A stretch of DNA of 64,000 bases from an uncultured Gammaproteobacteria bacterium (GTDB lineage Bacteria; Cyanobacteriota; Vampirovibrionia; LMEP-6097): contig CAZKAT010000003.1 of the NCBI GenBank assembly GCA_964551135.1, forward strand, positions 90,942-154,941. The letters are read 5' to 3'. Position numbers and translations under genes: made by a program. Positions 9,522 through 18,682 of the stretch are shown here, piece by piece. The notes beneath the pieces are model-generated. The model saw only the letters and a program-made list of their open reading frames with translations. It did no database searches and was not told where the DNA came from. Numbering within the stretch: position 1 is the stretch's first letter; the number at the start of each line of letters is the position of its first letter.

Positions 9522-9919
9522 GCTTCATGCCATAACTCTTCTAAGTTATAGAACTCTCTTGCTGATTCATCTATAATATGCACCACGAAGTCGAGGTAAT
9601 CTAATAGATACCATTTAGTACCATACTTACCTTCCTTATGAGTAGGTTCCATACCTTTCTCTGACAGGGTTTCTTCGATATGACGAGAGATAGCCTTAAG
9701 TTGAGCTGGGTTAGAAGCTGAAGCAATAATAATATAGTCCGCGATATCAGCAACCTTAGTAATATCAAGTATCTCAGTGTCTATAGCTTTCTTACTCTCC
9801 GCCAAATGAGCTACCTTAAATACTAAACGTCTTAAAGCGACATCATTCTTATCAGCGCTAGTTTTCTTCTTCGCTTTAGGTCTTTCTAGCATTACTGATT
9901 TAAGATTTGGTTTCTGCAT
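9491..9919 (-). CDS. rsfS: ribosomal silencing factor RsfS (Iojap)
   Basis: Conserved RsfS core (ILDITKVADIADYIIIASASNPAQLKAI...YGTKWYLLDYLDFVVHIIDE). The true start may be the internal Met (MLERPK). Confidence 0.8.
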   Translation of the reverse strand: MQKPNLKSVMLERPKAKKKTSADKNDVALRRLVFKVAHLAESKKAIDTEILDITKVADIADYIIIASASNPAQLKAISRHIEETLSEKGMEPTHKEGKYGTKWYLLDYLDFVVHIIDESAREFYNLEELWHEAIFIPRDEWA

Positions 9920-10772
9920 TAATTTTTGTACTACTTTTCGCTTTAGGACTTAGAACGAACACTTCTCTAATATTGCCCAAATCCTCATAGAATTTGACCT
10001 TGACGACTAAGTCTACCACATTCGGATCATGTCTGACGTCTACTACCTTACCTACTGGAAAATTCTCAGGATAAGGACAATTATCAACGTCAATGCAGAT
10101 GCCAGATGTAACGATCTCATCTCCTACTGCAACTTCTGAATCAACTGTAATAAACTGTAAAAATGCCAATCCAGGATAGTTACCATTAAGCACTCCATAT
10201 TGGTTTAGTCTTGCGATCTTAACTCCCATACGCCATTCAGGATTAAAGACGAGTTGCACAATAGAACTGCCATATCCTACCTTAGTGACTTGTCCAACAA
10301 TTCCCTTCTCAGTAATAACTCCGCGTCCAACAACCACGCCATCTTTAGATCCTTTATCAATAATGATTTGCTTATGCCAAGCATCAGGACTGCGACCAAG
10401 AATACGCGCAAAAATTGTTTTATACTCAAAAGTATTTTTAAAATTTAAAGCGTTCTCATAATAAGGGATTTTATCAATTTGTGATTTAAGTTCAATATTT
10501 TCAATGCTAAGTAATTTATTAGCAAACTCAAGCTTACTAGCCTTACGTTGAGCTGAAAGCAAATCAGCAGCTTCATGTTGAGCTTTTTTAATACTCTCGT
10601 AACTACTATGAATAAACGCTCCGGTGATTCTATAACCAAATAAACCCACTGCACTTAAAGGTCTATTAAAAACCCAAATAACAGCTAATGAAAGTAAAAT
10701 AGGAACCACCAGTGATCTAAGTCCCAACGTAGACTTGTATAAATTTTTGTTGGAGTTTGGAAAATCGTCCAC
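9900..10772 (-). CDS. mreC: rod shape-determining protein MreC
   Basis: N-terminal TM, coiled-coil segment and C-terminal beta domain (IIIDKGSKDGVVVGRGVITEKGIVGQVTKV). Located immediately downstream of mreB. Confidence 0.75.
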   Translation of the reverse strand: MDDFPNSNKNLYKSTLGLRSLVVPILLSLAVIWVFNRPLSAVGLFGYRITGAFIHSSYESIKKAQHEAADLLSAQRKASKLEFANKLLSIENIELKSQIDKIPYYENALNFKNTFEYKTIFARILGRSPDAWHKQIIIDKGSKDGVVVGRGVITEKGIVGQVTKVGYGSSIVQLVFNPEWRMGVKIARLNQYGVLNGNYPGLAFLQFITVDSEVAVGDEIVTSGICIDVDNCPYPENFPVGKVVDVRHDPNVVDLVVKVKFYEDLGNIREVFVLSPKAKSSTKINAETKS

Positions 10773-10774
10773 AG

Positions 10775-11824
10775 TTACACAAACGTCGGTTCACCAGCAA
10801 TCTCTAATACTCTTCTAAGTGATTTGTCGATTAAGACTCTGCCTGCACCTAAGACGACGCAATCTAGTGGAGTTTCTGCAACATGCACAGGTACTTCAGT
10901 CTCATGACTAATCATTTCATCTAAACCTTGTAGTAAAGCACCACCACCAGCTAAAACTATTCCTCTGTCATAGACATCAGCAGCTAATTCTGGAGGTACT
11001 CGCTCTAGAGTACGCTTAACTGATTCAACAATAGAAGATAGAGGCTCTGACATAGCTTCTCTAACTTCTGGTCTGCTAATAAGAACTGTTCTAGGAAGAC
11101 CATTAAGTAAGTTAAGTCCTCTTACTTCTAACTGATCAGCATCAGAAGCATCACTGATCTTAAACGCTGACCCTAGCTTGATCTTAACGTTCTCTGCAGT
11201 AGTCTCTCCGATAGAGAGGTTATAAACTTTCTTCATGTAAGTGACTATAGATTCATTCAATTCATCACCAGCGATTCTAATACTTTCAGAAATAACAATT
11301 CCAGAAAGCGATATCACCGCTACTTCAGTAGTACCACCACCAATATCAACGATCATACTACCGATAGGATCTGCTACTGCAAGTCCAGCACCAATCGCTG
11401 CTGCCATCGGCTCTTCAATTAAAAACACTTGACCAGCGCCAGCGTTCTCTGCTGCTTCACGCACAGCTCTTCTTTCTACTTCAGTAATGCCGCTTGGAAT
11501 ACCAACAGCGATTCTTGGTTTACTAAGTGGTCTGAAAGCTCCTTTACCAGTAGCTTTCTCTAGAAAATATCTGAGCATCATTTCAGCGTGACGGAAATCA
11601 GCAATCACTCCATCTCTTAAAGGTCTAGTAGCAATTATATGATTCGGTGTACGTCCAAGCATCGCTCTTGCCTCTTCACCAACAGCAAGAACTTCGCCGC
11701 TATCGCGACTCACTGCTACTACACTTGGCTCCCTTAGGATAATCCCCTGCTCAGTGCAGACAAGTGTGTTTGCTGTCCCTAAATCTATGCCAATGTTCTT
11801 CGAAAATCTACTAAAAAAACTCAT
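10775..11824 (-). CDS. mreB: rod shape-determining protein MreB
   Basis: Actin-like ATPase motifs: IGIDLGTANTLV, DIGGGTTEVAVIS. Confidence 0.95.
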   Translation of the reverse strand: MSFFSRFSKNIGIDLGTANTLVCTEQGIILREPSVVAVSRDSGEVLAVGEEARAMLGRTPNHIIATRPLRDGVIADFRHAEMMLRYFLEKATGKGAFRPLSKPRIAVGIPSGITEVERRAVREAAENAGAGQVFLIEEPMAAAIGAGLAVADPIGSMIVDIGGGTTEVAVISLSGIVISESIRIAGDELNESIVTYMKKVYNLSIGETTAENVKIKLGSAFKISDASDADQLEVRGLNLLNGLPRTVLISRPEVREAMSEPLSSIVESVKRTLERVPPELAADVYDRGIVLAGGGALLQGLDEMISHETEVPVHVAETPLDCVVLGAGRVLIDKSLRRVLEIAGEPTFV

Positions 11825-11984
11825 AAGTTCTATTCTATAGGATTGGCGGAGAAAATATCTATAAATATCTATAGGAAAAAATTAATTAATTGGACCTGAG
11901 TTTAAAGTTTCTTTGGTTATTATCTGTTGTCTATTTGACATTATGAAGAGCCTAAACAGATCAATGTTACTATAAACTCTCATA

Positions 11985-12890
11985 ATGTCCTTTAGAGAAG
12001 ACCTCTTAACCAAAGATTTCATCATCACCGCGGAGATCAACCCACCTAAAGGCTCTCATCCTGAGCAAGCTATAAAGAACGCTAAGAAAATTAATAACTT
12101 AGTTTCAGCGATTAATATTACCGACAACTCGGGTGCTGCCATGAAGATGTGCTCGCTAGTCTTAAGTTATTTAATACAAAAAGAAGCTGGTGTTAATGCT
12201 ATTTGGCAGATGACCTGTAGAGATCGCAATCGTTTAGCTTTACAATCTGATCTACTAGGTGCTGCTGCTTTAGGACTTTCTAATTTATTGATCTTGCGGG
12301 GTGATGCTCCTTTAGCACCAATTAAAGAAGAGAAATGTTTTGATTTAAGTACAGAAGATCTAATTCAAGCTGTCACGGCTCTTAAGTCAGGGAAAGATTT
12401 AGATGCTAATGAACTTAAAGAAGGTGTGCCAGATTTCTGCATGGCTGCTGCTGCTCATCCTGGAGTACCCAACCTTGCAGCACAAAAAGAAACAATGTTG
12501 AAACGCTTAGACATGGGAATAGAGTTTTTCCAAACTCAAATTTGTTTTGAGAAATCACAAATAGATAAATTCGTGGAATCTATTGGCGATGAACTTGCTT
12601 CTAAAACTATCTTAGGTATTACTCCACTAAAGACCCTCGCTCAAGCTAACTTCATGAATAAAAATATCTTCGGGGTTACCGTTCCAGACTTACATCTAGA
12701 GCTTATGCAAAAAGCCCTTGGAGATCTAGATCCTAAATCTGAACAAGGGAAAGCCGCTCAGCAAGAACAAGGTCTGGAATTGGCTCGAGATTTAGTCTCT
12801 TACATTAAAACCACGCCACTTAAAGGCATACATGTTATGGCGATTGGTCAAGAAGATATTTTAGATCAAGTAATTAAATCTATAAATTAA
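11985..12890 (+). CDS. metF: 5,10-methylenetetrahydrofolate reductase
   Basis: MTHFR family N-terminus (FIITAEINPPKG...NITDNSGA...QMTCRDRNR...LILRGD). Confidence 0.85.
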   Translation: MSFREDLLTKDFIITAEINPPKGSHPEQAIKNAKKINNLVSAINITDNSGAAMKMCSLVLSYLIQKEAGVNAIWQMTCRDRNRLALQSDLLGAAALGLSNLLILRGDAPLAPIKEEKCFDLSTEDLIQAVTALKSGKDLDANELKEGVPDFCMAAAAHPGVPNLAAQKETMLKRLDMGIEFFQTQICFEKSQIDKFVESIGDELASKTILGITPLKTLAQANFMNKNIFGVTVPDLHLELMQKALGDLDPKSEQGKAAQQEQGLELARDLVSYIKTTPLKGIHVMAIGQEDILDQVIKSIN

Positions 12891-13870
12891 TGCCTAGGAC
12901 ACCACTAGTTCAAATCAAAAATCTAAGCAAGCAATTTGCACTAGAGAAGAATTTCTTTGGTAAAGCTAGCAAAACACTTAAAGCGGTAACTAATTTAAAC
13001 CTGGATATCTATCCAGGAGAGTGTCTAACCATAGTTGGTGAATCTGGTTGCGGCAAATCTACCACCGCTAGATTAATACTGAAACTTATAGAAGCAGATC
13101 ACGGCGAAGTAATATTTCAAGGAGAAGATGTTCTGAAACTCAATGGACAAGCATTAAGAGATAAACGTCAGGATATGCAAATGATATTCCAGAATCCTTT
13201 CTCCAGCCTTGATCCACGTTATAAGATTTACGATAGTATCGCTGAACCACTTAGAGTGCACAAGCGTGGCAACGAAGAACAGATTAGAGCAAGAGTTTAT
13301 GAATTACTGAAACTAGTAGAATTAGACGAAAGTATCGCAAATAAATTCCCACATCAATGCTCTGGTGGTCAAAATCAAAGAGCCTGTATAGCAAGAGCCC
13401 TAGCTCTCAATCCTAAGTTTATTATCGCTGATGAAGCTGTAAGTGCTCTAGATGTCTCTATTCAATGGAAGGTATTACGCCTGCTAAAACGTTTACAGAC
13501 AGAATTAGGAATAAGCTTTCTCTTCATTGCTCACAATCTTGGCGTAGTGAAATATATCGCAGATAGAGTAGCGGTGATGTATTTAGGTGAGATAGTAGAG
13601 ATCGCCACTAAAGAAGAATTGTTTGCTAATCCTTTACATCCTTATACTAAGGCTCTCTTAAGCTCTGCTCCCGTAGCTGATCCTAGACAAAGAGACAGAG
13701 AGAAGATTTTACTTGAAGGAGATGTTCCCAAACCAACAGACATACCTTCGGGCTGTCCTTTCCATACTAGATGCCCTATTGCTGTTGCTGAATGTAGTAG
13801 GGTGAAGCCTGCGCTAGAAGACAAGGCTAATGAGCATTTTGCAAGTTGTTTATTGGTAAACAAAGGTTAA
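12890..13870 (+). CDS. ABC transporter ATP-binding protein, oligopeptide/dipeptide (OppF/DppF) type
   Basis: Walker A GESGCGKST, signature CSGGQNQR, Walker B IIADEA. Cys-containing C-terminal oligopeptide-ABC extension. Confidence 0.85.
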   Translation: MPRTPLVQIKNLSKQFALEKNFFGKASKTLKAVTNLNLDIYPGECLTIVGESGCGKSTTARLILKLIEADHGEVIFQGEDVLKLNGQALRDKRQDMQMIFQNPFSSLDPRYKIYDSIAEPLRVHKRGNEEQIRARVYELLKLVELDESIANKFPHQCSGGQNQRACIARALALNPKFIIADEAVSALDVSIQWKVLRLLKRLQTELGISFLFIAHNLGVVKYIADRVAVMYLGEIVEIATKEELFANPLHPYTKALLSSAPVADPRQRDREKILLEGDVPKPTDIPSGCPFHTRCPIAVAECSRVKPALEDKANEHFASCLLVNKG

Positions 13871-13915
13871 TATTTTAGCTATTAAGTGGTATAATTAACA
13901 ATAAAGGATAAAATA

Positions 13916-14221
13916 TTGCCTCTTAATTTATATACTCCTCAAGAGCTTCTTGAAAAAATAGCCATTAAGGCCAAACAAGTTAGATTAAATCAAAATCTTA
14001 CTCAAGAAGGATTAGCCTCTAGATCAGGAGTTAGCTTAGGTAGCGTGAAGAGATTTGAGAGAACCGGTCAAATATCTTTTGAGTCACTTTTAAAAATATC
14101 TCTGGTTCTGAATTCATTAAGTGATTTTGAAAATATTTTTGATGAGAATACTAAACCAATCAAAACCTTAGATGAAATCATTGCAGAACCTACAAAAAAA
14201 CTACGAGGTAGAATCAAATGA
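13916..14221 (+). CDS. hipB: HTH (XRE-like) antitoxin, HipB-like
   Basis: 101 aa. HTH segment LTQEGLASRSGVSLGSVKRFE. 4-bp overlap with hipA. Confidence 0.6.
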   Translation: MPLNLYTPQELLEKIAIKAKQVRLNQNLTQEGLASRSGVSLGSVKRFERTGQISFESLLKISLVLNSLSDFENIFDENTKPIKTLDEIIAEPTKKLRGRIK

Positions 14222-15453
14222 AAATCAATCCTCTACAATTATTAAAAGTATATTTGATCTTTTCAGAGAAGAAAAAGTTTTTTGTAGGTAGACTGGCTCT
14301 CAAAGATCAACAAATCTGGTTTGAATATGACAAAGAGTTTCTTCAAGAGAATTTGGAAATATCACCATTCAAACTTCCCTTAGGACCAAAACCCCTATCT
14401 TCTAAAGAGCAAATATTTAGTGGCTTACACGGTGTTTTCAATGATAGTCTTCCAGATTCTTGGGGGCAATTATTAGTAGACCGCAAATTGAGAAACTCAG
14501 GTATTGATCCAGGAAATCTTTCAGCCTTGGACAGACTATCCATAGTAGCGCAGCATGGAATGGGTGCCTTAAGTTATGAACCAGAACAAACTATATATGA
14601 TTACAAACACGAGAAATTAGATTTGGATAATTTATATAAAAGTTCACTTGAAATATTACAAGATAGCAGAAGTGAATCAATTGATGAATTGTTTTCTTTC
14701 AGCGGTTCCATTGGCGGCGCCAGACCGAAAATAACCGTATTAGTTAATAAGGACAGAAAAAAAATCCTTCATTCTCGAACAGAAAAAATCAAACACAATG
14801 ATTATGAACATTGGTTAATCAAATTCTCTGCCAACCAGGATCTTAGTGACCTTGGATTAATTGAATATGCTTACAGTTTAATGGCAAAAAAAGCCAACAT
14901 AGAAATGTCTGATACTTATTTATTCAACACCAAGAAATCAAATTATTTCGGTACCAAACGCTTTGATAGAAATGGTGATAAAAGATTACACATTCATAGC
15001 AGCTCAGGTCTTTTACATAGCGATTATAGATATCCAAGTCTAGATTACGAGAATCTATTTAAAGCAACTTTATTACTCACTAAAGATGCAAATGAACTTA
15101 GCAAACTTTATAGAATTACTGTATTTAACGTACTAGCTCATAACAGGGACGATCATAGTAAAAATTTCTCTTTTTTAATGGATGAACAAGGCACTTGGAA
15201 ACTATCTCCAGCTTATGATTTAACTTACTCAAACGGTCCCGGAGGCGAGCATAGTATGATGGTTTGCGGTGAAGGTAAAAATCCTGGAATAGAGGAACTT
15301 ACCAAACTTGCTAAAAAATTTAGCATAAAAAATTATCAAGAAATCATAGAAGCCACTAAGGATGCTGTATCACAATGGAAAAATATTGGGAAAGATATTG
15401 GAGTTTCAAAAGATTCCATAAAGCTTATAAGCGGGAAATTACTATATAATTAA
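14218..15453 (+). CDS. hipA: HipA family serine/threonine kinase toxin
   Basis: N-terminal HipA coupling domain. C-terminal catalytic motif HNRDDHSKNFSFLMDEQGTWKLSPAYDL. Confidence 0.85.
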   Translation: MKINPLQLLKVYLIFSEKKKFFVGRLALKDQQIWFEYDKEFLQENLEISPFKLPLGPKPLSSKEQIFSGLHGVFNDSLPDSWGQLLVDRKLRNSGIDPGNLSALDRLSIVAQHGMGALSYEPEQTIYDYKHEKLDLDNLYKSSLEILQDSRSESIDELFSFSGSIGGARPKITVLVNKDRKKILHSRTEKIKHNDYEHWLIKFSANQDLSDLGLIEYAYSLMAKKANIEMSDTYLFNTKKSNYFGTKRFDRNGDKRLHIHSSSGLLHSDYRYPSLDYENLFKATLLLTKDANELSKLYRITVFNVLAHNRDDHSKNFSFLMDEQGTWKLSPAYDLTYSNGPGGEHSMMVCGEGKNPGIEELTKLAKKFSIKNYQEIIEATKDAVSQWKNIGKDIGVSKDSIKLISGKLLYN

Positions 15454-15456
15454 GCT

Positions 15457-16320
15457 ATGTCCAACACTGAGAGTCAAAACCCCAATACCAAAAATCTTGA
15501 CAAGCTCAGTACTGAAGAGTTTGTAAGCACTTGGATTAATGAAGACAAAGCAGTATGGACAGCCTTAGATAAAGCTTCCACTCAAATCGCTAAAGCCATC
15601 GATATAATTTACAATCAATTTAAGGCAATTCAAGATGAATTAGAACCTTATGATCCAGGTCATCCAACAATCTACAAGGGTCCAAGATTGTTTTATATAG
15701 GAGCCGGTACTAGTGGGCGTTTGGGGGTACTCGATGCATCTGAGTGTCTACCAACATTCTCTTCACATCCAGACATGGTTCAAGGAATAATTGCTGGTGG
15801 TGATAAAGCTATCCGGCATCCAGTAGAAGGTGCTGAAGATGACGAAGCAGCAGGCTATAAGATCATCTCTGAGACTCTGAACCCCCAAGATACACTTGTA
15901 GCTGTTAGTGCAAGTGGTGGTGCACCTTATGTCATAGGTGCTCTGAAAGCTGCTAAGGAAAAGGGTGCTAAAACAATTGCTATAGCTAATAATCCTGATG
16001 CTTTAAGTTTTAAATATGCTGAACATTATATCTTTTTAGATACTGGCGCTGAGGTACTTGCAGGCAGCACTCGTCTTAAAGCTGGCACCGCTCAGAAAAT
16101 TACTCTCAATATGATCTCCACAGGATTAATGGTTAAACTTGGAAAAGTTATAGGAAATTTAATGGTGGATGTACAGGCTACTAATATTAAACTTAAGAAG
16201 AGAGCAATAGGATTAGTTAAACACTTAAATAATTGTTCAGAAGAAGAAGCAATAGAAGCTTTAGAGAAATGTCAATACAAAGTGAAAAAGTGCCTGAGTG
16301 ACCGAGGGGTGAGTGACTGA
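15457..16320 (+). CDS. murQ: N-acetylmuramic acid 6-phosphate etherase
   Basis: SIS domain with GAGTSGRLGVLDASECLPTF. 287 aa. The last ~8 codons run into a GC-rich hairpin element. Confidence 0.85.
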   Translation: MSNTESQNPNTKNLDKLSTEEFVSTWINEDKAVWTALDKASTQIAKAIDIIYNQFKAIQDELEPYDPGHPTIYKGPRLFYIGAGTSGRLGVLDASECLPTFSSHPDMVQGIIAGGDKAIRHPVEGAEDDEAAGYKIISETLNPQDTLVAVSASGGAPYVIGALKAAKEKGAKTIAIANNPDALSFKYAEHYIFLDTGAEVLAGSTRLKAGTAQKITLNMISTGLMVKLGKVIGNLMVDVQATNIKLKKRAIGLVKHLNNCSEEEAIEALEKCQYKVKKCLSDRGVSD

Positions 16321-16352
16321 GAATATAGAATTATTCAGGCACTCATTCACCC
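16296..16352. repeat. GC-rich imperfect hairpin element overlapping the murQ 3' end (terminator-like)
   Basis: GCCTGAGTGACCGAGGGGTGAGTGACTGAG ... loop ... CAGGCACTCATTCACCCAGACACCCAGTCACC. GC-rich arms in an AT-rich background. Shares a CCTGAG core with the other palindromic elements. Confidence 0.5.
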
Positions 16353-16403
16353 AGACACCCAGTCACCTCTTTAATTTTTACCGACTGCTATACTTATAAA
16401 GTT

Positions 16404-17297
16404 ATGGCCAACCAAAAAGAAATCAGAGTTAAGATAGGTTCTACTAAAAAGACCATGAAAATCACTTCGGCAATGAAGCTAGTAGCTGCCGCAAAAGTGA
16501 ATAAAATGCAGAAGAAACTACTCTCTACTAGACCTTATTCTGCAAAGATTACCGAACTATTCAATAAATTAATAGCATCAGCAGATGCCAGTGATCTAGC
16601 AAACTATCCTATGCTCAGAAGCAAGACTGAAATTAATACAGTATTGTTACTAGTAATCAGCTCAGATCGTGGTCTTTGTGGTGCTTATAACGCAAACATT
16701 ATTAAAACTACAATTAAAAAAATCCATGCTCTAAAAGAAGCAGGCAAGGTAGTAAAACTTATCACTGTAGGACGCAAAGCCAGGGCAGCTTTCAGTAAAG
16801 CTTTCTACAAGAGCCAAGGAGTTGAACTTATAGAGTCATTCGTTAACTTAAACTCTCTTCCAACTACTAGCGAAGCAACTCTAATAGCTAATAAAGCAAT
16901 AGAGTTATATTTACAAGGTGTTATAGATAAAGTAGAACTTATTACTACGAGATTTGTTTCTCTAGTTAATAGCGAAGTAGAAGTTGTAGATTTCTTACCA
17001 GTTCAAACTAGCTCGGCAAGCCAAGTTAAAGCAGAACCTTACGTGATCTATGATCCAGATATGGCTACTTTAATAGAAACACTTACACCTATGTATATAG
17101 AGAATAAAGTTTACCAAAGCTTACAAGAGTCGACGACAAGTGAGCTTGCAGCAAGAATGACAGCGATGAGCAATGCAACTAATAATGCAAGAGACGTCAT
17201 TAAAAAACTTACCCTAGCATACAATAAAGCCCGCCAGGCAAGTATCACTCAGGAAATCTCTGAGATCGTTGGTGGAGCTGCTGCACTTAGTGCTTAA
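16404..17297 (+). CDS. atpG: F-type ATP synthase gamma subunit, apparently without flanking atp genes
   Basis: N-terminal IRVKIGSTKKTMKITSAMKLVAAAK. Central SDRGLCGAYN. C-terminal ITQEISEIVGGAAAL. Confidence 0.85.
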   Translation: MANQKEIRVKIGSTKKTMKITSAMKLVAAAKVNKMQKKLLSTRPYSAKITELFNKLIASADASDLANYPMLRSKTEINTVLLLVISSDRGLCGAYNANIIKTTIKKIHALKEAGKVVKLITVGRKARAAFSKAFYKSQGVELIESFVNLNSLPTTSEATLIANKAIELYLQGVIDKVELITTRFVSLVNSEVEVVDFLPVQTSSASQVKAEPYVIYDPDMATLIETLTPMYIENKVYQSLQESTTSELAARMTAMSNATNNARDVIKKLTLAYNKARQASITQEISEIVGGAAALSA

Positions 17298-17312
17298 TAC
17301 TAATGACATTAA

Positions 17313-17336
17313 CCAAAACTAAAACCAAAACCAAAA
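17313..17336. repeat. hexanucleotide tandem repeat (CYAAAA)x4 at the 5' end of the phosphorylase ORF
   Basis: CCAAAACTAAAACCAAAACCAAAA. Translates as TKTKTKTKT if the upstream ATG is used. Confidence 0.6.
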
Positions 17337-17338
17337 CA

Positions 17339-18682
17339 ATGGAAGAGAAGATTGCTAGCCCCGAAGTGATACGACTGATAGATGCTAAGCGTCAAGGACA
17401 AGCACATAGTACCGAAGAAATATTTTGGCTAATTAATCACCTGGATAAGATTCCTGATTACCAATTATCAGCTTGGTTAATGGCAGTCTGTTTAAATGGC
17501 TTAAATGATGAAGAGACTACTGAGCTTACGCGCGCCATGGCTTTTAGTGGTCATGTGCTAACGCTGAAACGTGAAGCACCAATGCATAATCATAGTCATG
17601 GTGATGATGACGAATGTGCAAGTATTTACGTACCTAATAGCAGAGGTTTTGTAGATAAGCATAGTACTGGTGGCGTGGGTGACAAAGTAACCTTAGTTCT
17701 CGCTCCTATACTAGCTTCTATCGGTTTTAAGATTTCTAAATTCTCAGGTAGATCACTAGGACATACTGGTGGTACTATCGACAAGCTTGAAGCTATTCCA
17801 GGATTTAAGACTGACATTTCTATGAAACAGTTTGAAAAGCAAATATCAGAAGTAGGTATTGCACTTGCAGGTCAAACTATGGAGTTTGCGCCAGCTGATA
17901 AGAGACTATATTCGCTTAGAGATAGAACTGCTACTGTAGAATCTATTCCGCTAATAGCTTCTAGTGTGATGTCCAAGAAGATCGCTGGTGGAGCAGATAT
18001 AATTCTTCTCGATGTGAAAGTTGGCTCAGGTGCTTTTATGAAAGATTTGAAGTACGCCAAACTACTAGCGAAACAAATGGTCAAGATCGGCAAAAAGCTC
18101 AATCTCAATACCAGAGCCATTATCAGCAATATGGATCAACCTCTAGGAGCTGCTGTCGGTAATGGTCCCGAACTTATAGAAGCCTTAGATCTACTTGAAG
18201 GCAAGGTTAAAAATGATCTTTATGATTTAGTGATGGAGTTTGCTGGTAGCATTGCAAGCACTATAGAAGTAGAAGATGCTATTCGTTCTGGTAAAGCTTA
18301 TGTAAAGATGCAAGAGTGGATAGAAGCGCAAGGTGGCGATCTTAGTAAAGTAAGAGAAGCTAACGAGCCTAAGTTTAAACTTGAGTGCAGAGCAGAGAAA
18401 GATGCTTACGTTAAAGAACTCAACGCACTTACAGTTGGACAAGTGATTCATGAACTTGCATATAAGCCTGCCGCTGGTGGCACTTACGACATCGATAATA
18501 GTGCAGGTGTTTGGTTTAAAGCTAAGATCTCTCAGAAAGTTAAACCAGGTGATTTATTATTCACTGTGCAAGGCTCTAATGAAGCGGATCTAGAACAAGC
18601 TAAAGAAAAAATTCTAGATGCTTATTTATTCACTGAAAATAAAGTACGCAAGCCTAAGCTCATTTTAAGAAAGTATAACTAA
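17339..18682 (+). CDS. pyrimidine-nucleoside (thymidine) phosphorylase
   Basis: Glycosyl-transferase family 3 and PYNP motifs (SAWLMAVCLNGLNDEETTELTRAMAFSG, HSTGGVGDKVTLVLAPI). The start is chosen at the Met after the repeat; the ORF track starts at 17303. Confidence 0.85.
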   Translation: MEEKIASPEVIRLIDAKRQGQAHSTEEIFWLINHLDKIPDYQLSAWLMAVCLNGLNDEETTELTRAMAFSGHVLTLKREAPMHNHSHGDDDECASIYVPNSRGFVDKHSTGGVGDKVTLVLAPILASIGFKISKFSGRSLGHTGGTIDKLEAIPGFKTDISMKQFEKQISEVGIALAGQTMEFAPADKRLYSLRDRTATVESIPLIASSVMSKKIAGGADIILLDVKVGSGAFMKDLKYAKLLAKQMVKIGKKLNLNTRAIISNMDQPLGAAVGNGPELIEALDLLEGKVKNDLYDLVMEFAGSIASTIEVEDAIRSGKAYVKMQEWIEAQGGDLSKVREANEPKFKLECRAEKDAYVKELNALTVGQVIHELAYKPAAGGTYDIDNSAGVWFKAKISQKVKPGDLLFTVQGSNEADLEQAKEKILDAYLFTENKVRKPKLILRKYN

